DNA of 64,000 bases from Hausera hauseri (lineage: Eukaryota), in contig JBJURY010222185.1 in the NCBI GenBank assembly GCA_046269625.1, positions 1 to 64,000 of the forward strand. The letters run 5' to 3'. Of this stretch, positions 45,346 through 55,869 are shown one piece after another. Position 1 is the stretch's first letter, and the number at the start of each line of letters is the position of its first letter. Below the pieces are notes generated by a model. It was not told the DNA's origin. It saw only the letters and a program-made list of their open reading frames with translations, and did no database searches. A program made the position numbers and the translations under genes.

Positions 45346-48300
45346 ATGGGTGTCATTCAGGTTCCGGGCCGTCTGAGCGGGAAGACCTACAGCGTCAAGA
45401 TCAAGGGCGACACTCCGTCCGAGACTGAGCAGGCACGCATCCGTGCGTATCTGGACGAGCAGGAAGGCGCTTTTGTACAGGACTTCTCGCAGCGCTTTGG
45501 TTTTACGCCCCCCACTCCCGACGACGGCACGGCTCTCGGTCGCGGCTTTGAGCGCGGCAAGGCCGGTGCAAAGTCCCTTCTCGGCACCACTGTGGAAACT
45601 ATCGGCCAGCAGGTCGGCCTGCCCAGCATCGCCGAATATGGCCGGGGTATGGAGGAAGCCGCTGCACAGCGGCAGTTCGAGCTGAGCCTCCTGCAGCCTG
45701 CACCGACGACGCGCCAAGATGTTGCTGCAGCCGAGGGCTTCTTCCCGACTATCGGCGCGGGGCTTACCTATGCTGGTGAACTTGCGGGTGAACAGATTCC
45801 GCAGTTGGGTGTTGGTTTGGCGGGTGGCGCTGCTGGTGCTGTCGTTGGCGGCCTTACGTCGGGACCCGCCGGGGCTCTGGCTGGTTTCGGTATCGGCTCC
45901 GGTCTTACCGAGGCACCTCTGCTGTTCGGTTCCAACGTCCAGCGCCAAGAGGAAGAAGTCGCAGCCGGGCGCAAAGCCTCTGTCGATCTCACTGATGCCC
46001 TCAGCGCTACCGTCGGGCAGGCGGGGCTCACTGCTGTTACCAATGCGCTGGCCGGTGCAGGCGTGTTCGTCCGCCCCGGTGCCAAGCTCTTTACCCGCGC
46101 CCTGTCAGGCGCAGCTGTCGGCGGCACAACGGAATCTTTGAACGAAGTCGGCCAGCAGATGCTGGAGCGCTATCAGGCCGGTCTGCCGATTGATAGCCCC
46201 GAGGCCATCCAAGAATACATCGACGCTGGTGTGGCTGGCGGCGTTCTCGGGTTCGGTGCTGGCGGTCTTGGCGGCGCTATCGGTGGACCGCGTCCTGCAG
46301 AGGCACCCGAGGCACCCGAGGGTGCCGAAGTCCCTGCCCCTGCTCCGGCGGCGGAACCCACTACCACCGCACCGGTGGCCACCCCCGAAGAAGTTGCTGC
46401 AGCTGCACAAGAAGTGACGGCGGAACCTGTTGTCGCCCCGGAACCTGTTGTCGCCCCGGAACCTGTCGTTGCCCCGGAGCCTGTTGCCGCGGCTCCAAAA
46501 CCTGCTGCCCCGGAACCTGTCGCAGCGACGGAGCCTGTTGTCGCCCCGAAGCCTGTCGTTGTCCCGGAGCCTATTGCCCCCGCCCCCGCCCCGACAGTCG
46601 CGGCTGATGATTACTATACTCCTATGGAGACCGAGGAGGAGGCGTTCGAACGGGCGGCGCAAATCTATGCGCCGAAACCTGAGTATCGCGAAGAGGCCGA
46701 GGCTGTCACAGCAAAGCAAGAACAGCTGGCGCTGGAGCTCGCTCCCGAGACGCGCACTGCTGTGCCAGCGGTCAAGCAGGGGCAGCCTGAACAGGTCTTG
46801 ACCGACGACCTCGTGACTCAGCTTGGCGTTCGCCCGGCGAAATCGGCGTCGTTGCGTAAACTGGTAGGGAAACCCCTAACGGACACCAAGGTGATCCGTG
46901 CACTGGACAGTTGGGCCCAGAATGATCGTGCGACTCCTGAAAACAAGGCTATGGCGCGCAGTCTTATCACTGGGCAACCTATGCCGGAGGCCCCGGCTAT
47001 CGCCCCCACGCAGGAGGTCGCAGATGTCCCCGAGATTGCAGCGCCTCAGTCAGAAGAAGTGGGAGCTGGCGCTCCGAGTGGTGGACAAGGCGTGGAAGGA
47101 GGCGGACGGCCCGCTGACGACACTGGAGGCCCCGCCGGGGTTGAAGCACCTACAAGCGGAGGACTGGGAGGAGGTTTGCCGCTGTCTGTGGGTCCTGCAG
47201 CTGCAGAGGGAGAACAACCAGCTGCACTGATTGAAGCACCTAACCTCAGCACACCGGTCGTCCAGCAGCCGACACTCCGGCGTGAACAGGGCATGAATAT
47301 TGTGCAGGCGGGGCAAGTCATTCCTGCCCCCGTGCGGGTGCCGCAGGCACAAACCATGTCGCCCGTGCAGCGTGTCACAGCGCAGCAGTTGGATCAGGCT
47401 CTTGCCACTCGGTACGAGACCTTGACTCCGCCGGACGTCAAGCGCGGTGCGAAGTTCTTGAACGAGCGGGGCGTGCAGGGCACTGTCCCCGATAAGCTGA
47501 CCATTGCCGATAAGCAGGTCGTCATCAATCTGCTGGCTACGCGGGATGATCTCCTGTCGCCGCAGGCCAAGTCCGCGAAACTTTATTTCTCCAAGGTGGC
47601 TCGCCCCATGGAGGCCGTGCTGATGGTCGTTGATGACCTGACCGCACCTTACGGCAAGTATCGCGCTGAACCCGGCACCGACCCCTACACCCGTGCGTTC
47701 CTGTCCCAGACCGGTACCGTAGCAGCCAAGCAGGCGCTCGAGTTCATCAAGACCCGTATGTCCAAGGAATTGAACAGCGAGGTTACGTTCCGGCAGGACC
47801 TGAGCGCGCAGCAAAACGCGAATATCGAGACATGGGTCAGTGATCTCGACCGGGTCGAACTCAAGCGGGCCGAACGGCTCCGCGAGAGGGAAGCACGCTT
47901 CGAGGCCGCAAAAGAATCTGGCTATGTCGACGAGACGCAGATCAACTCCATGACTGCGAAGAACCCGCTGGCGGCGCTCGACAAGCCCATGCACTACGCG
48001 GTGAAGGCTGCACTCGACGCGGGCGATCTGCGCGGGGCACTCCGTGCCGTGGCTACGACGACGAACAACGCGGAACTTGCGGCGCTTGCAAACAAGTTCG
48101 CCGACCTCGCCGGAACCACCCGGGTGCGGACGCTCTACGAGGGCGACTCCGCTAAATACATTGGCCGAGACCGTGCCGTGTTCGTGCAGCAGGCGGAAGG
48201 CGTTGATCCTGAGTATGAGAACATCATTCTCATCAACGGCTATACCGGGATGACCACCCACGTGTTTATGCACGAGATGGCGCATGTGGTGACGAGCCGA

Positions 48301-51300
48301 CTCCTCAACACGCAGCCTAACCACCCGGTGACTAAGCAGCTGGCACAGCTCCTCTCGAGCCTGCGGGACGCTGCACCGCCGAATATCACCTACAAGGAAG
48401 GCGACTTCTACGGGCTCTCCAGCGTCAGTGAGATGGTGGCGGAGGCTTTCGGGCGTCTCACTCTTGGCGAAAACGACAATGGCCTGCGTGACCTGATGAA
48501 GCGCACGGCTTATACCAAGTACACCCCTGTCACGAAAGAGCTGCCCCTGACCAACTGGGAGCGGTTCAAGGAGGTTGTCGGCAATTTCATGCGTGGGCTG
48601 ATCGGTCTCCCGGCGAAGCCGTACCCGCGCCGCACAGTGAAGTCGACTATCGAGTCGCAAGAGAGCGGGCTGGACCGGTTCCACCGACTGATCGACGGCC
48701 TGCTGTCCGAGGCACCGCAGGTGCTTCCCGACTACGTGTTCGACAAAACGCTAATTAGCCCCATGACGGCTAGGACGGTGCTTAACAACGCCATCCAGAA
48801 CGCCCCTACGTGGGACAAAGCGGGTATGAACCGCCTCTCTAATCAGATGCAGGCGTCCATTCCTAATCCGCTGCGCCGCACGTTGTTGGGCTTGCTGCAC
48901 CTCGACTGGTTCAACGACCTCGCTGGGAAATATTTCCCGCAGATTGCGGAACTCAAGCGCCTCGACGACGAGCGCCGTGGCGAAATCATTCGCATGGCGG
49001 ACAAAGCGAAGCCAGTTCTCGAAGACCTGCAGACGTATTCGGAAAAGCAGCCCGCGCTGTTCTCGCAGCTGATGGCCATCATGGGCCGTGCGACCATCGA
49101 AGAAGTCGATCCGACCAAACCTGTGTCCGCATATGGTGCAGACCAAGACAAGGTGAAGATTTGGCACGATCTTAACCGCGAAATGACCTCGGCGGACTCG
49201 ACGGGGGAACTGCGCACCCTGTTTAAGAAGGTCCGCAACATGTATCAGGGCTACCGCGACGAGATCGCGAACGTCCTGCGTGAGCGGGTCAAGGAGATTT
49301 CAGAAGACGTTGCAACGCAGAACCAACTGTTTGCACGCCTGATGGCAAAGATGGATGAAGAGGGCGTTATTGACCCCTACTTCGCCCTGATGCGTAAAGG
49401 GGACTTCTGGCTGTCTTACACCGCCGAGGATACCACTGCAGACCCTGTGTCGCTCGACCCCGAAACCGGGCTTTCCCAGCGCCCCGTCACCAAATTCGTG
49501 CAGACCTTCGAGTCCGCATGGGAGCGGCAGCAGTTCCTTGACAAGCTGCGTGCGACTAAGGACGCGCAGGGTAACGACGTGGCATGGGACTACGAGGAAT
49601 ACATGCGCCCCCTCGCGTTCAACGCGGGGCAAATGGTGCCTAGCTCCTTCGTGCAGGGCGCGATCAACATCATCAACACCACGGTGCCGGAGACCAAGGA
49701 CGCTGCAGCGAAAGAGCGCGCGGATGCGGCTATCAGCGCCATCCAAGACATGTTCGTGCGGTTCACCCCCGAGCACTCGCTGATGAAGTCCTTCACCAAA
49801 CGTAAGGGCACCCGGGGTTTTGTCGGCGATATCACGCCGCTCGGTGTCGTAGACCGTCCGGTAGACATGGTGCAGTTGCTGGCGGAGAAGTCGTCCGGGC
49901 TTGCCTACCAGCTCTCGAACATGAAGTACGGGGCTAAAATTCAGAAGCTCCGTAACGATGCACAGACCCAGTACAAGACGCTCAATGCTTCTCCCGCACT
50001 CACCGCCGGGGAAAAAGTAGCGGTGCTGGCCTACCTCGAAGAGTTCGACGACCGCGCCAAGTTTGCTCAGAGCCCGCATGTTAGCCAAGCCGCGCAGCTG
50101 ACGCGCGGGGTTACGTTCGGTATGACGCTCGGGTTTAGCATCGCCGGTACGGCTAACAACCTCATGCAAATCCCCATGATCGGTACGACCGAACTCGGCG
50201 GGCGCTATGGTATGGCTGGGGCCATTCGGGAACTCGGGTCAGCTGCACGGCTCCTGATGAACGCGGGCAAGACCCACAAGGTCCGTTCTTACGGTGCCGA
50301 CGGCATGGAGACCCGCGAGCTGTCCGGGGTCGACAACTTCGGCTCGATGGCCAACTACTTTGAGGTAGACGACGCCGGTAGATACACGCTGCGCACGGAC
50401 AAAAAGATTCCGGCTAAGTTGCGGAGCAAAATCGGCGATCTGGATGCGCTCGTTGAAGTGATGTCCGCTAATGGCATGCTCGCCAACTCTATGGCGCAGG
50501 AGATGCTCGAGGCAGACGCAGGGTGGCTGCAGAAGATTAACCGCTGGTCCGGTTTCCTGATGCACCACGCCGAACGCTTTAACCGGCAGGTTATGGCCAT
50601 CGCTGCCTACAACCTCGAACTCGGCAAGGCCAAGGCCGGTGGAGGCTCGCTCGACTACGAGACGAAACTCGCCGCCGCAAAGAAGGCCGTCGAGATCACT
50701 GAACGTGTGAACGGCAGCATCGGTGCCTCCACTGCACCGCGCTGGGCTCAAGGTCCCATCGGCTCTATCGTGTTCATGTTTAAGCGGTTCGGTCTGCATA
50801 TGGCCCGCTACATCATCGGCACGGCCGATCAAACCATCCGCGGTATGTCGAAAGAAGATCGGGCGGTCGCGCGCTATCAGATCATCGGCATGCTGGGCAC
50901 CACAGCGCTCTTTGCGGGCGTGCAGGGTCTCCCGTTCTTCGGGGAACTCATGTCGATCTTCAACCTGCTCTTTACCGAGGACGACGAGGAACCGGCAGAA
51001 GTCGTCATCCAGAAGTTCCTTGGCGAACCCTACTACAACGGTGCGATCAACTACCTGACCGGTGCCGAAGTCGCCTCGCGTATCTCGATGAGCGGTCTGA
51101 TCTTCCGTGAGAACCGCATCGAGAAGGACCAGAGCATCGCCTACGACATCTTCGAGTCGCTCGGTGGTCCGGCTGTTGGCGTGTTCATGAACGTGGAGCG
51201 TGGTATGGAGCTGCTCTCGCAGGGCGAACTGTATCGCGGCGTCGAAGCCATGATGCCCTCGGCGGTCAAGAGCGTGATGAAGTCCGTCCGGTTCGGCACC

Positions 51301-51723
51301 GAGGGTGCCACCACCCTGCGGGGCAACGAGATCGTGCCGGTGTCTAACTGGGACCTTGCCCTGCAGGCGGTCGGCTACACGCCCGGTGCCTATGCACGGC
51401 AGCAAGAGCGCGTCTCTGGAGAGAAGCGTATCGACAAGGCTATCGTGTCGGAGCGTCGGTCGCTGCTTCTCAAGTACAACATGGCTTTCGCCGAAGGCGA
51501 CTTCGAGACGGTGCGTGAAGTGCTCAAGGATATGTTCGAGTTCAGCAAGAAGCACCCGGAGGCGGCTATCACCGCGGACACTCTGGAGCGGTCTGGGCGG
51601 AGCTTCTCGCAGCGGACGTCGGAGATGATTGGGGGTGTGACCTTCACGCCGTCCTACCTACCCCGTGCACAGAAGTCGATCAGCGAGTACGACCAAGACA
51701 TCTCGTTCTGGGGGTCGGAATAA
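45346..51723 (+). CDS. large (2125 aa) internal virion / polyvalent-type protein with zincin-like HExxH
   Basis: last late gene; G-rich hydrophobic N-terminus, EPVVAP repeats, FMHEMAH...EMVAE, helical C-terminus. Confidence 0.75.
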   Translation: MGVIQVPGRLSGKTYSVKIKGDTPSETEQARIRAYLDEQEGAFVQDFSQRFGFTPPTPDDGTALGRGFERGKAGAKSLLGTTVETIGQQVGLPSIAEYGRGMEEAAAQRQFELSLLQPAPTTRQDVAAAEGFFPTIGAGLTYAGELAGEQIPQLGVGLAGGAAGAVVGGLTSGPAGALAGFGIGSGLTEAPLLFGSNVQRQEEEVAAGRKASVDLTDALSATVGQAGLTAVTNALAGAGVFVRPGAKLFTRALSGAAVGGTTESLNEVGQQMLERYQAGLPIDSPEAIQEYIDAGVAGGVLGFGAGGLGGAIGGPRPAEAPEAPEGAEVPAPAPAAEPTTTAPVATPEEVAAAAQEVTAEPVVAPEPVVAPEPVVAPEPVAAAPKPAAPEPVAATEPVVAPKPVVVPEPIAPAPAPTVAADDYYTPMETEEEAFERAAQIYAPKPEYREEAEAVTAKQEQLALELAPETRTAVPAVKQGQPEQVLTDDLVTQLGVRPAKSASLRKLVGKPLTDTKVIRALDSWAQNDRATPENKAMARSLITGQPMPEAPAIAPTQEVADVPEIAAPQSEEVGAGAPSGGQGVEGGGRPADDTGGPAGVEAPTSGGLGGGLPLSVGPAAAEGEQPAALIEAPNLSTPVVQQPTLRREQGMNIVQAGQVIPAPVRVPQAQTMSPVQRVTAQQLDQALATRYETLTPPDVKRGAKFLNERGVQGTVPDKLTIADKQVVINLLATRDDLLSPQAKSAKLYFSKVARPMEAVLMVVDDLTAPYGKYRAEPGTDPYTRAFLSQTGTVAAKQALEFIKTRMSKELNSEVTFRQDLSAQQNANIETWVSDLDRVELKRAERLREREARFEAAKESGYVDETQINSMTAKNPLAALDKPMHYAVKAALDAGDLRGALRAVATTTNNAELAALANKFADLAGTTRVRTLYEGDSAKYIGRDRAVFVQQAEGVDPEYENIILINGYTGMTTHVFMHEMAHVVTSRLLNTQPNHPVTKQLAQLLSSLRDAAPPNITYKEGDFYGLSSVSEMVAEAFGRLTLGENDNGLRDLMKRTAYTKYTPVTKELPLTNWERFKEVVGNFMRGLIGLPAKPYPRRTVKSTIESQESGLDRFHRLIDGLLSEAPQVLPDYVFDKTLISPMTARTVLNNAIQNAPTWDKAGMNRLSNQMQASIPNPLRRTLLGLLHLDWFNDLAGKYFPQIAELKRLDDERRGEIIRMADKAKPVLEDLQTYSEKQPALFSQLMAIMGRATIEEVDPTKPVSAYGADQDKVKIWHDLNREMTSADSTGELRTLFKKVRNMYQGYRDEIANVLRERVKEISEDVATQNQLFARLMAKMDEEGVIDPYFALMRKGDFWLSYTAEDTTADPVSLDPETGLSQRPVTKFVQTFESAWERQQFLDKLRATKDAQGNDVAWDYEEYMRPLAFNAGQMVPSSFVQGAINIINTTVPETKDAAAKERADAAISAIQDMFVRFTPEHSLMKSFTKRKGTRGFVGDITPLGVVDRPVDMVQLLAEKSSGLAYQLSNMKYGAKIQKLRNDAQTQYKTLNASPALTAGEKVAVLAYLEEFDDRAKFAQSPHVSQAAQLTRGVTFGMTLGFSIAGTANNLMQIPMIGTTELGGRYGMAGAIRELGSAARLLMNAGKTHKVRSYGADGMETRELSGVDNFGSMANYFEVDDAGRYTLRTDKKIPAKLRSKIGDLDALVEVMSANGMLANSMAQEMLEADAGWLQKINRWSGFLMHHAERFNRQVMAIAAYNLELGKAKAGGGSLDYETKLAAAKKAVEITERVNGSIGASTAPRWAQGPIGSIVFMFKRFGLHMARYIIGTADQTIRGMSKEDRAVARYQIIGMLGTTALFAGVQGLPFFGELMSIFNLLFTEDDEEPAEVVIQKFLGEPYYNGAINYLTGAEVASRISMSGLIFRENRIEKDQSIAYDIFESLGGPAVGVFMNVERGMELLSQGELYRGVEAMMPSAVKSVMKSVRFGTEGATTLRGNEIVPVSNWDLALQAVGYTPGAYARQQERVSGEKRIDKAIVSERRSLLLKYNMAFAEGDFETVREVLKDMFEFSKKHPEAAITADTLERSGRSFSQRTSEMIGGVTFTPSYLPRAQKSISEYDQDISFWGSE
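46423..46580 (+). repeat. 18-bp coding repeats (EPVVAP)
   Basis: GAACCTGTTGTCGCCCCG units. Confidence 0.75.
47024..47230 (+). CDS. small gene overprinted (+1 frame) inside the large virion protein
   Basis: AGGAGG 6 nt before the ATG; 68-aa helical product; host frame there is a G/P/A/E linker. Confidence 0.5.
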   Translation: MSPRLQRLSQKKWELALRVVDKAWKEADGPLTTLEAPPGLKHLQAEDWEEVCRCLWVLQLQRENNQLH

Positions 51724-51748
51724 AAAAGCCCCGGCGCGAAGCCGGGGC
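51722..51748 (-). terminator. terminator between the convergent arms
   Basis: GCCCCGGC stem with A6 on the + strand (T6 on the - strand). Confidence 0.75.
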
Positions 51749-51807
51749 AAGTCTGGAGAACAACAGGAGGCGAGCTGGCGGCAGGCTCTTCTGTCAGGCA
51801 CACAATA

Positions 51808-52026
51808 TCATGTGGTTCTCCAAATACGCAACCCCAACCGCTGGGTCTCGATTCGCTGCCTGCACGTTAGGCCGATTCCTAACCTTTGTGCCACACCTTG
51901 AACCTGCTTCTCGCAAGCCTCGGTGTTGATGCAGGGGACGAAGATCGAGCCCCCCACATGCAGTTCACGCCACGGCACGATGATGCGCACGCCGTCGGGG
52001 TCTAGGTCATTTACCTTCTTCGCCAT
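51808..52026 (-). CDS. hypothetical protein
   Basis: W..L.VG.SIFVPC...GLRIWR. Confidence 0.65.
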   Translation of the reverse strand: MAKKVNDLDPDGVRIIVPWRELHVGGSIFVPCINTEACEKQVQGVAQRLGIGLTCRQRIETQRLGLRIWRTT

Positions 52027-54874
52027 TAACTTCGCTCAGCACAATCGGGAGCTCGATGGTGTCGGCGACGGGCATTTGCAGTTTGGTGCCTTTGGTCAGC
52101 CGAACCTTCGACCGCTTGGCATTATACTTGGCTTTGAGCTCAGCGAGAACCGAGTTGTAGTTGACCTGCTGCTCAGCCAGCCAGACCTTGAACGGTGTCG
52201 GCAGGAGGTAGAGGATGTGCAGGTCGGTCTCATAACGGCCAACGATATCGGCGGTGCGGGGCTGCTGATCGGGCACCACGAGGTCGTCGATGCCGTTGCC
52301 GTTCTCCTTGCTACGCCGGTCAATGGTGGACTTGATCTGCAGGATGCGGCCCAAGTTCTGGTAGGTGTAAGCCGTCACGAGGTCCATCGGGTCGAGAGAC
52401 ATATCGGCACTGACCGACTTGTTGGCCTTGAGGATGTTCTTGATGATGTAGTCCCGCAGCGTGGGGATGTCGTAGTCCAAGAGCTCGAGGTGTTTGCAGA
52501 TCACCGCAGCGGCGAGGGAGGTTGCCACGGCTGCCGACCAGAAGCGGTTCTCAGGGCCAAGGTCAGCGGCCTCGTCGATCTTGCGCTGCAGGGTCTCAAC
52601 GAGGAGCTTCGTCTCTGCAAGGTTGGACATCACGTACTGTACGAACAGGATGCCTGCGTGGCCGTAGTTGTTCTGGATTTTGGCGCTGAACTCGTCGGTG
52701 TGGCGCTTGTCGGCCTTCTCGGTGAAGAGCTTGCTCGTCTCGATCTCCAGCACCCGCTGTGCTTCTGCTTTCGGCATAGCCTTGGCCATGGCCACCTTGT
52801 CGATCAGGCTGCAGTTTGCCGAGGAGATAAACAGCAGGTTCCACGGGTCGCCACGATAACGCTCTGTGTTGCCTGTCGATGACAGCCGGTTGCGCTGCTG
52901 GCCCCCGGTGATCTGGTAGATCATGTCTGAGGCGTCGTGTGGCTTGACGTTGGTGATCTCGTCCATACAGACCGGCAGGCTGTGCATCACGTCGGCGCGG
53001 TTCATACGGGAGTTGTGGGTGTCGCGTTCCTGCAGGATCAGTTTACCCGGATTGCCCCACGGCGAGAGCGCTGCGAACTGGGCGTGCGTCTTACCGAAGC
53101 CGGAGTCCTTGGACCAGATGTGCAGGAGCGCCGCGTTGATGGGCAGGAACTTCATCAGCACCGAGCCGAAACCGACGCAGGTGATGAACTGGTGCAGCTC
53201 GAAGCCGGGCCGATTGTAGAAGTTGACCGCCTCGCGCCACCCGTCGAGCGTGCCCGCAGGCTCAAAGAACTCGATCATCCCCCGGGTCGCCGAAGAAGGT
53301 GCGTTGAACTCGATACGGTCGCCATACACAACCTTGTCGCCGATGACAAAACCCTTGAAGTCAGGGAGCCAGCCGAACTGGCGGTGTGCGTTGTCTGCCT
53401 GCGTGGTGATCTGCAGGTCTTTAACCATGCTCTGCGTAAAGCTCATGATCGCATCCACTTCCTTGTTGATCGCTATGACGCCGTTGGTGGCGAGGACTTT
53501 CCGAAACTCTTCTTTCGACGTGACGACGTAGAGAGGCACCACAAACGACCGCACCCCGTCACGTGGGAGATGGTGCCGCATCTCGATGATTTCACCCTGC
53601 TCTGGGTCTGTCAGTCGCCGCACGACGTAGAGATCGTGGTGCCAGATGATCCGCTCGCTGACCTCTCCTTCGTCGTCAACCACTCGCATGAACACGCCGC
53701 CGTCCTTGCCGCGGAAATACGGGTTCGGATAGGTCGGGATTTCATAGACCCTCGGCGGTGCCTCGGGCATAGCCGGGTCCGCCACAACAACGGTGTTGTC
53801 CTCGGGCGTAGCCTCAGTGAACTGCTGGCCGAGCACGATGGGGGACTTGATCTTGTTCCAGTTGGGGCAGCCTTGGCACCCACCCGGGTTATACTCTTCG
53901 AAGCGCGTGCAGAGGTACGGGCCCTTGATCCGCTCTGCCTTCCACATGGCTTCGTCTTCGTCGTATTCAGCATGACCCATGGACACAGCCTTCACGGCCT
54001 TGACCATATCGGTGCAGTGCTTGGCGATAGAGAGCGCCGCGCGCCACATGGGTTCAGGCAGCTCTGCCCGGTGCTCGATACAGTAAGCCAGCTGGGCGCA
54101 GCCCTTGCCAGCCATAGTCTTCTGCATGATGGTTTTGAACGAGGCTTCGCGCTTGCCGATCAGGGCGTCCATCATCGCGCTGTTTGTCACGGCAGGGGAG
54201 TAACGCCGGGAGGGCATGCTAGTCGGCAGACTACCGGCCACGCTCTCAACCCGTGCAGCGAAGTCAAAGAACTCCACCGGCTCGGGCGGCGCTAGGCCGA
54301 AAAAGCTGACCGGCTTGGGATCATCGCCCTTGTGGTTATGGGTGCCCGGCACTCGCAGCACGCGGGCGGCGTCGGCGGTGACGTTCTCGTCGGCCTTGAA
54401 CCCCTTGGCCTTGGCCAGCGCCTTGAGCTTCTCAGCCACCGGGAGCCAAGTCATAAAGTCCACGGGTGCGGTCAGGGGCCAGTAGACGTGCACCCCGTAG
54501 CCAGAGTTGACCAAGAACGGCTTAGGCAGCCCGGTCGACTTGACGAAGTCCTTGAGCGCCAAGATGGCGGTGTGCTGGTCAGGGAAGTCCTTGGGCTTGC
54601 CCGTCTTGAGATTGACGCCGCAGTCGAGGTCCATAAAGAACGCCCGCAGCTGCTTGACGTTTTCGGCTTCGCGAGAGCCCGGCTCCTCGAACGTGCCGAG
54701 GGCGTAGTAGGCATCGTAGCCGTTCTCGTCGAAGTTCAACGCAGCGTGCTCAAGCTGCTCGATAGTGTCGTAGAACTTCTGAATCCGTCTGTTCTCACCG
54801 AGTGCGAGAACGCAGTATGAGCCTGCAGTTCCAAGAACGGACTGCAAAAACGTCGTTGTATCCATTGCCGCCAC
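52007..54874 (-). CDS. primase-helicase (RepB/AEP-like primase + Cys-rich domain + DUF927 ATPase)
   Basis: F.DLDC, VNSG.GVHVYW, RVLRVPGTHN; QFGW; SGFGKT; DEITN. Confidence 0.85.
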   Translation of the reverse strand: MAAMDTTTFLQSVLGTAGSYCVLALGENRRIQKFYDTIEQLEHAALNFDENGYDAYYALGTFEEPGSREAENVKQLRAFFMDLDCGVNLKTGKPKDFPDQHTAILALKDFVKSTGLPKPFLVNSGYGVHVYWPLTAPVDFMTWLPVAEKLKALAKAKGFKADENVTADAARVLRVPGTHNHKGDDPKPVSFFGLAPPEPVEFFDFAARVESVAGSLPTSMPSRRYSPAVTNSAMMDALIGKREASFKTIMQKTMAGKGCAQLAYCIEHRAELPEPMWRAALSIAKHCTDMVKAVKAVSMGHAEYDEDEAMWKAERIKGPYLCTRFEEYNPGGCQGCPNWNKIKSPIVLGQQFTEATPEDNTVVVADPAMPEAPPRVYEIPTYPNPYFRGKDGGVFMRVVDDEGEVSERIIWHHDLYVVRRLTDPEQGEIIEMRHHLPRDGVRSFVVPLYVVTSKEEFRKVLATNGVIAINKEVDAIMSFTQSMVKDLQITTQADNAHRQFGWLPDFKGFVIGDKVVYGDRIEFNAPSSATRGMIEFFEPAGTLDGWREAVNFYNRPGFELHQFITCVGFGSVLMKFLPINAALLHIWSKDSGFGKTHAQFAALSPWGNPGKLILQERDTHNSRMNRADVMHSLPVCMDEITNVKPHDASDMIYQITGGQQRNRLSSTGNTERYRGDPWNLLFISSANCSLIDKVAMAKAMPKAEAQRVLEIETSKLFTEKADKRHTDEFSAKIQNNYGHAGILFVQYVMSNLAETKLLVETLQRKIDEAADLGPENRFWSAAVATSLAAAVICKHLELLDYDIPTLRDYIIKNILKANKSVSADMSLDPMDLVTAYTYQNLGRILQIKSTIDRRSKENGNGIDDLVVPDQQPRTADIVGRYETDLHILYLLPTPFKVWLAEQQVNYNSVLAELKAKYNAKRSKVRLTKGTKLQMPVADTIELPIVLSEVNGEEGK

Positions 54875-54943
54875 TCTACCTGTTGGGATGCCGCGACGAG
54901 GTGAGATTGTTTTTATCCCCCGTCGCGGCGAGCCTATCTAGGA

Positions 54944-55858
54944 TTACTCGTCGTCCCATTCCGTGACAATAGCCGAGAGGTCAGGCTTAGAACCTGCGCC
55001 AGCCATTGCCGTCTTCTTGGCCTCGACCTTTTTGGGCTCTTCGACCACGTCATCGTCCTCGTCATCGACGACGATCTTCTCCTTGGCCGGGTTGTAGTTC
55101 TTGGTCCCGGCTGCGGAGTCCTTCTTCTTGACGTTATCGGTCTGTGCGACGGTCAGGGTGATGGCCTTGATGGCTTCCTCGCTATCCTTGGCGGCAACAG
55201 CCTCGTGCAGTTCTTCCTCGGTCAGAGGACGCACCGGCTTGAAGAACAGCTTCGGGGTCTCCGAGTTTTCGTCGAACCGCATCTCAGTCATCACCGCGAT
55301 GATCGGCGTGTTGTGAGCATCGAGGAACTTGGCGTATGCCTGCATCCCCATGTTGCCGTTCTTCGACTCGCCGAAAATGGACGTAGCCGGGAGCTGCAGC
55401 TGATAGACCTCGTCAGGCTTACCCTCGAGCGTGATGGCCAGACGCTGGTTGAAGCGGCAAGCACGCCCATTGTTGGCGCCGGAGCCCTTGACGTTCATCG
55501 GGCAGTCCGCGCAGCGCGAGGCTTTCTTCTGCTCTGCAGGGACGTCAGGCGACGGAACTTTGGAGTCCGCAGACCAGCAGGTCGGTGCAGCCGTGTTGTT
55601 CGGGTCGTAGTCGCCCTCGTAGTAGGTCCGCGAGATGGATGCGGCGTTCACCACAACGATGTTCATGGTGTCGGACTTGGACACGGAGACCTGCTCGCCA
55701 TCGACGAAGAGACGGAACTTGCCGCCCTTGATCGAGAGGCGCTTGCCGCCGCCACCGCCGCCACCGGCGAGGGTCTTGTTCATATCACGCAGCGACTTGA
55801 ACAGGTCGCTATTGACGAGAGCGTTGCTGCCTCCGAAGAGGGTCATTTCACCAGCCAT
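54944..55858 (-). CDS. putative ssDNA-binding/annealing protein
   Basis: RLSIKGG.F, P.CWS.D, C..CP.N.KGS...GRACR; acidic tail ending WDDE. Confidence 0.65.
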   Translation of the reverse strand: MAGEMTLFGGSNALVNSDLFKSLRDMNKTLAGGGGGGGKRLSIKGGKFRLFVDGEQVSVSKSDTMNIVVVNAASISRTYYEGDYDPNNTAAPTCWSADSKVPSPDVPAEQKKASRCADCPMNVKGSGANNGRACRFNQRLAITLEGKPDEVYQLQLPATSIFGESKNGNMGMQAYAKFLDAHNTPIIAVMTEMRFDENSETPKLFFKPVRPLTEEELHEAVAAKDSEEAIKAITLTVAQTDNVKKKDSAAGTKNYNPAKEKIVVDDEDDDVVEEPKKVEAKKTAMAGAGSKPDLSAIVTEWDDE

Positions 55859-55869
55859 GTGGGTTCTCC

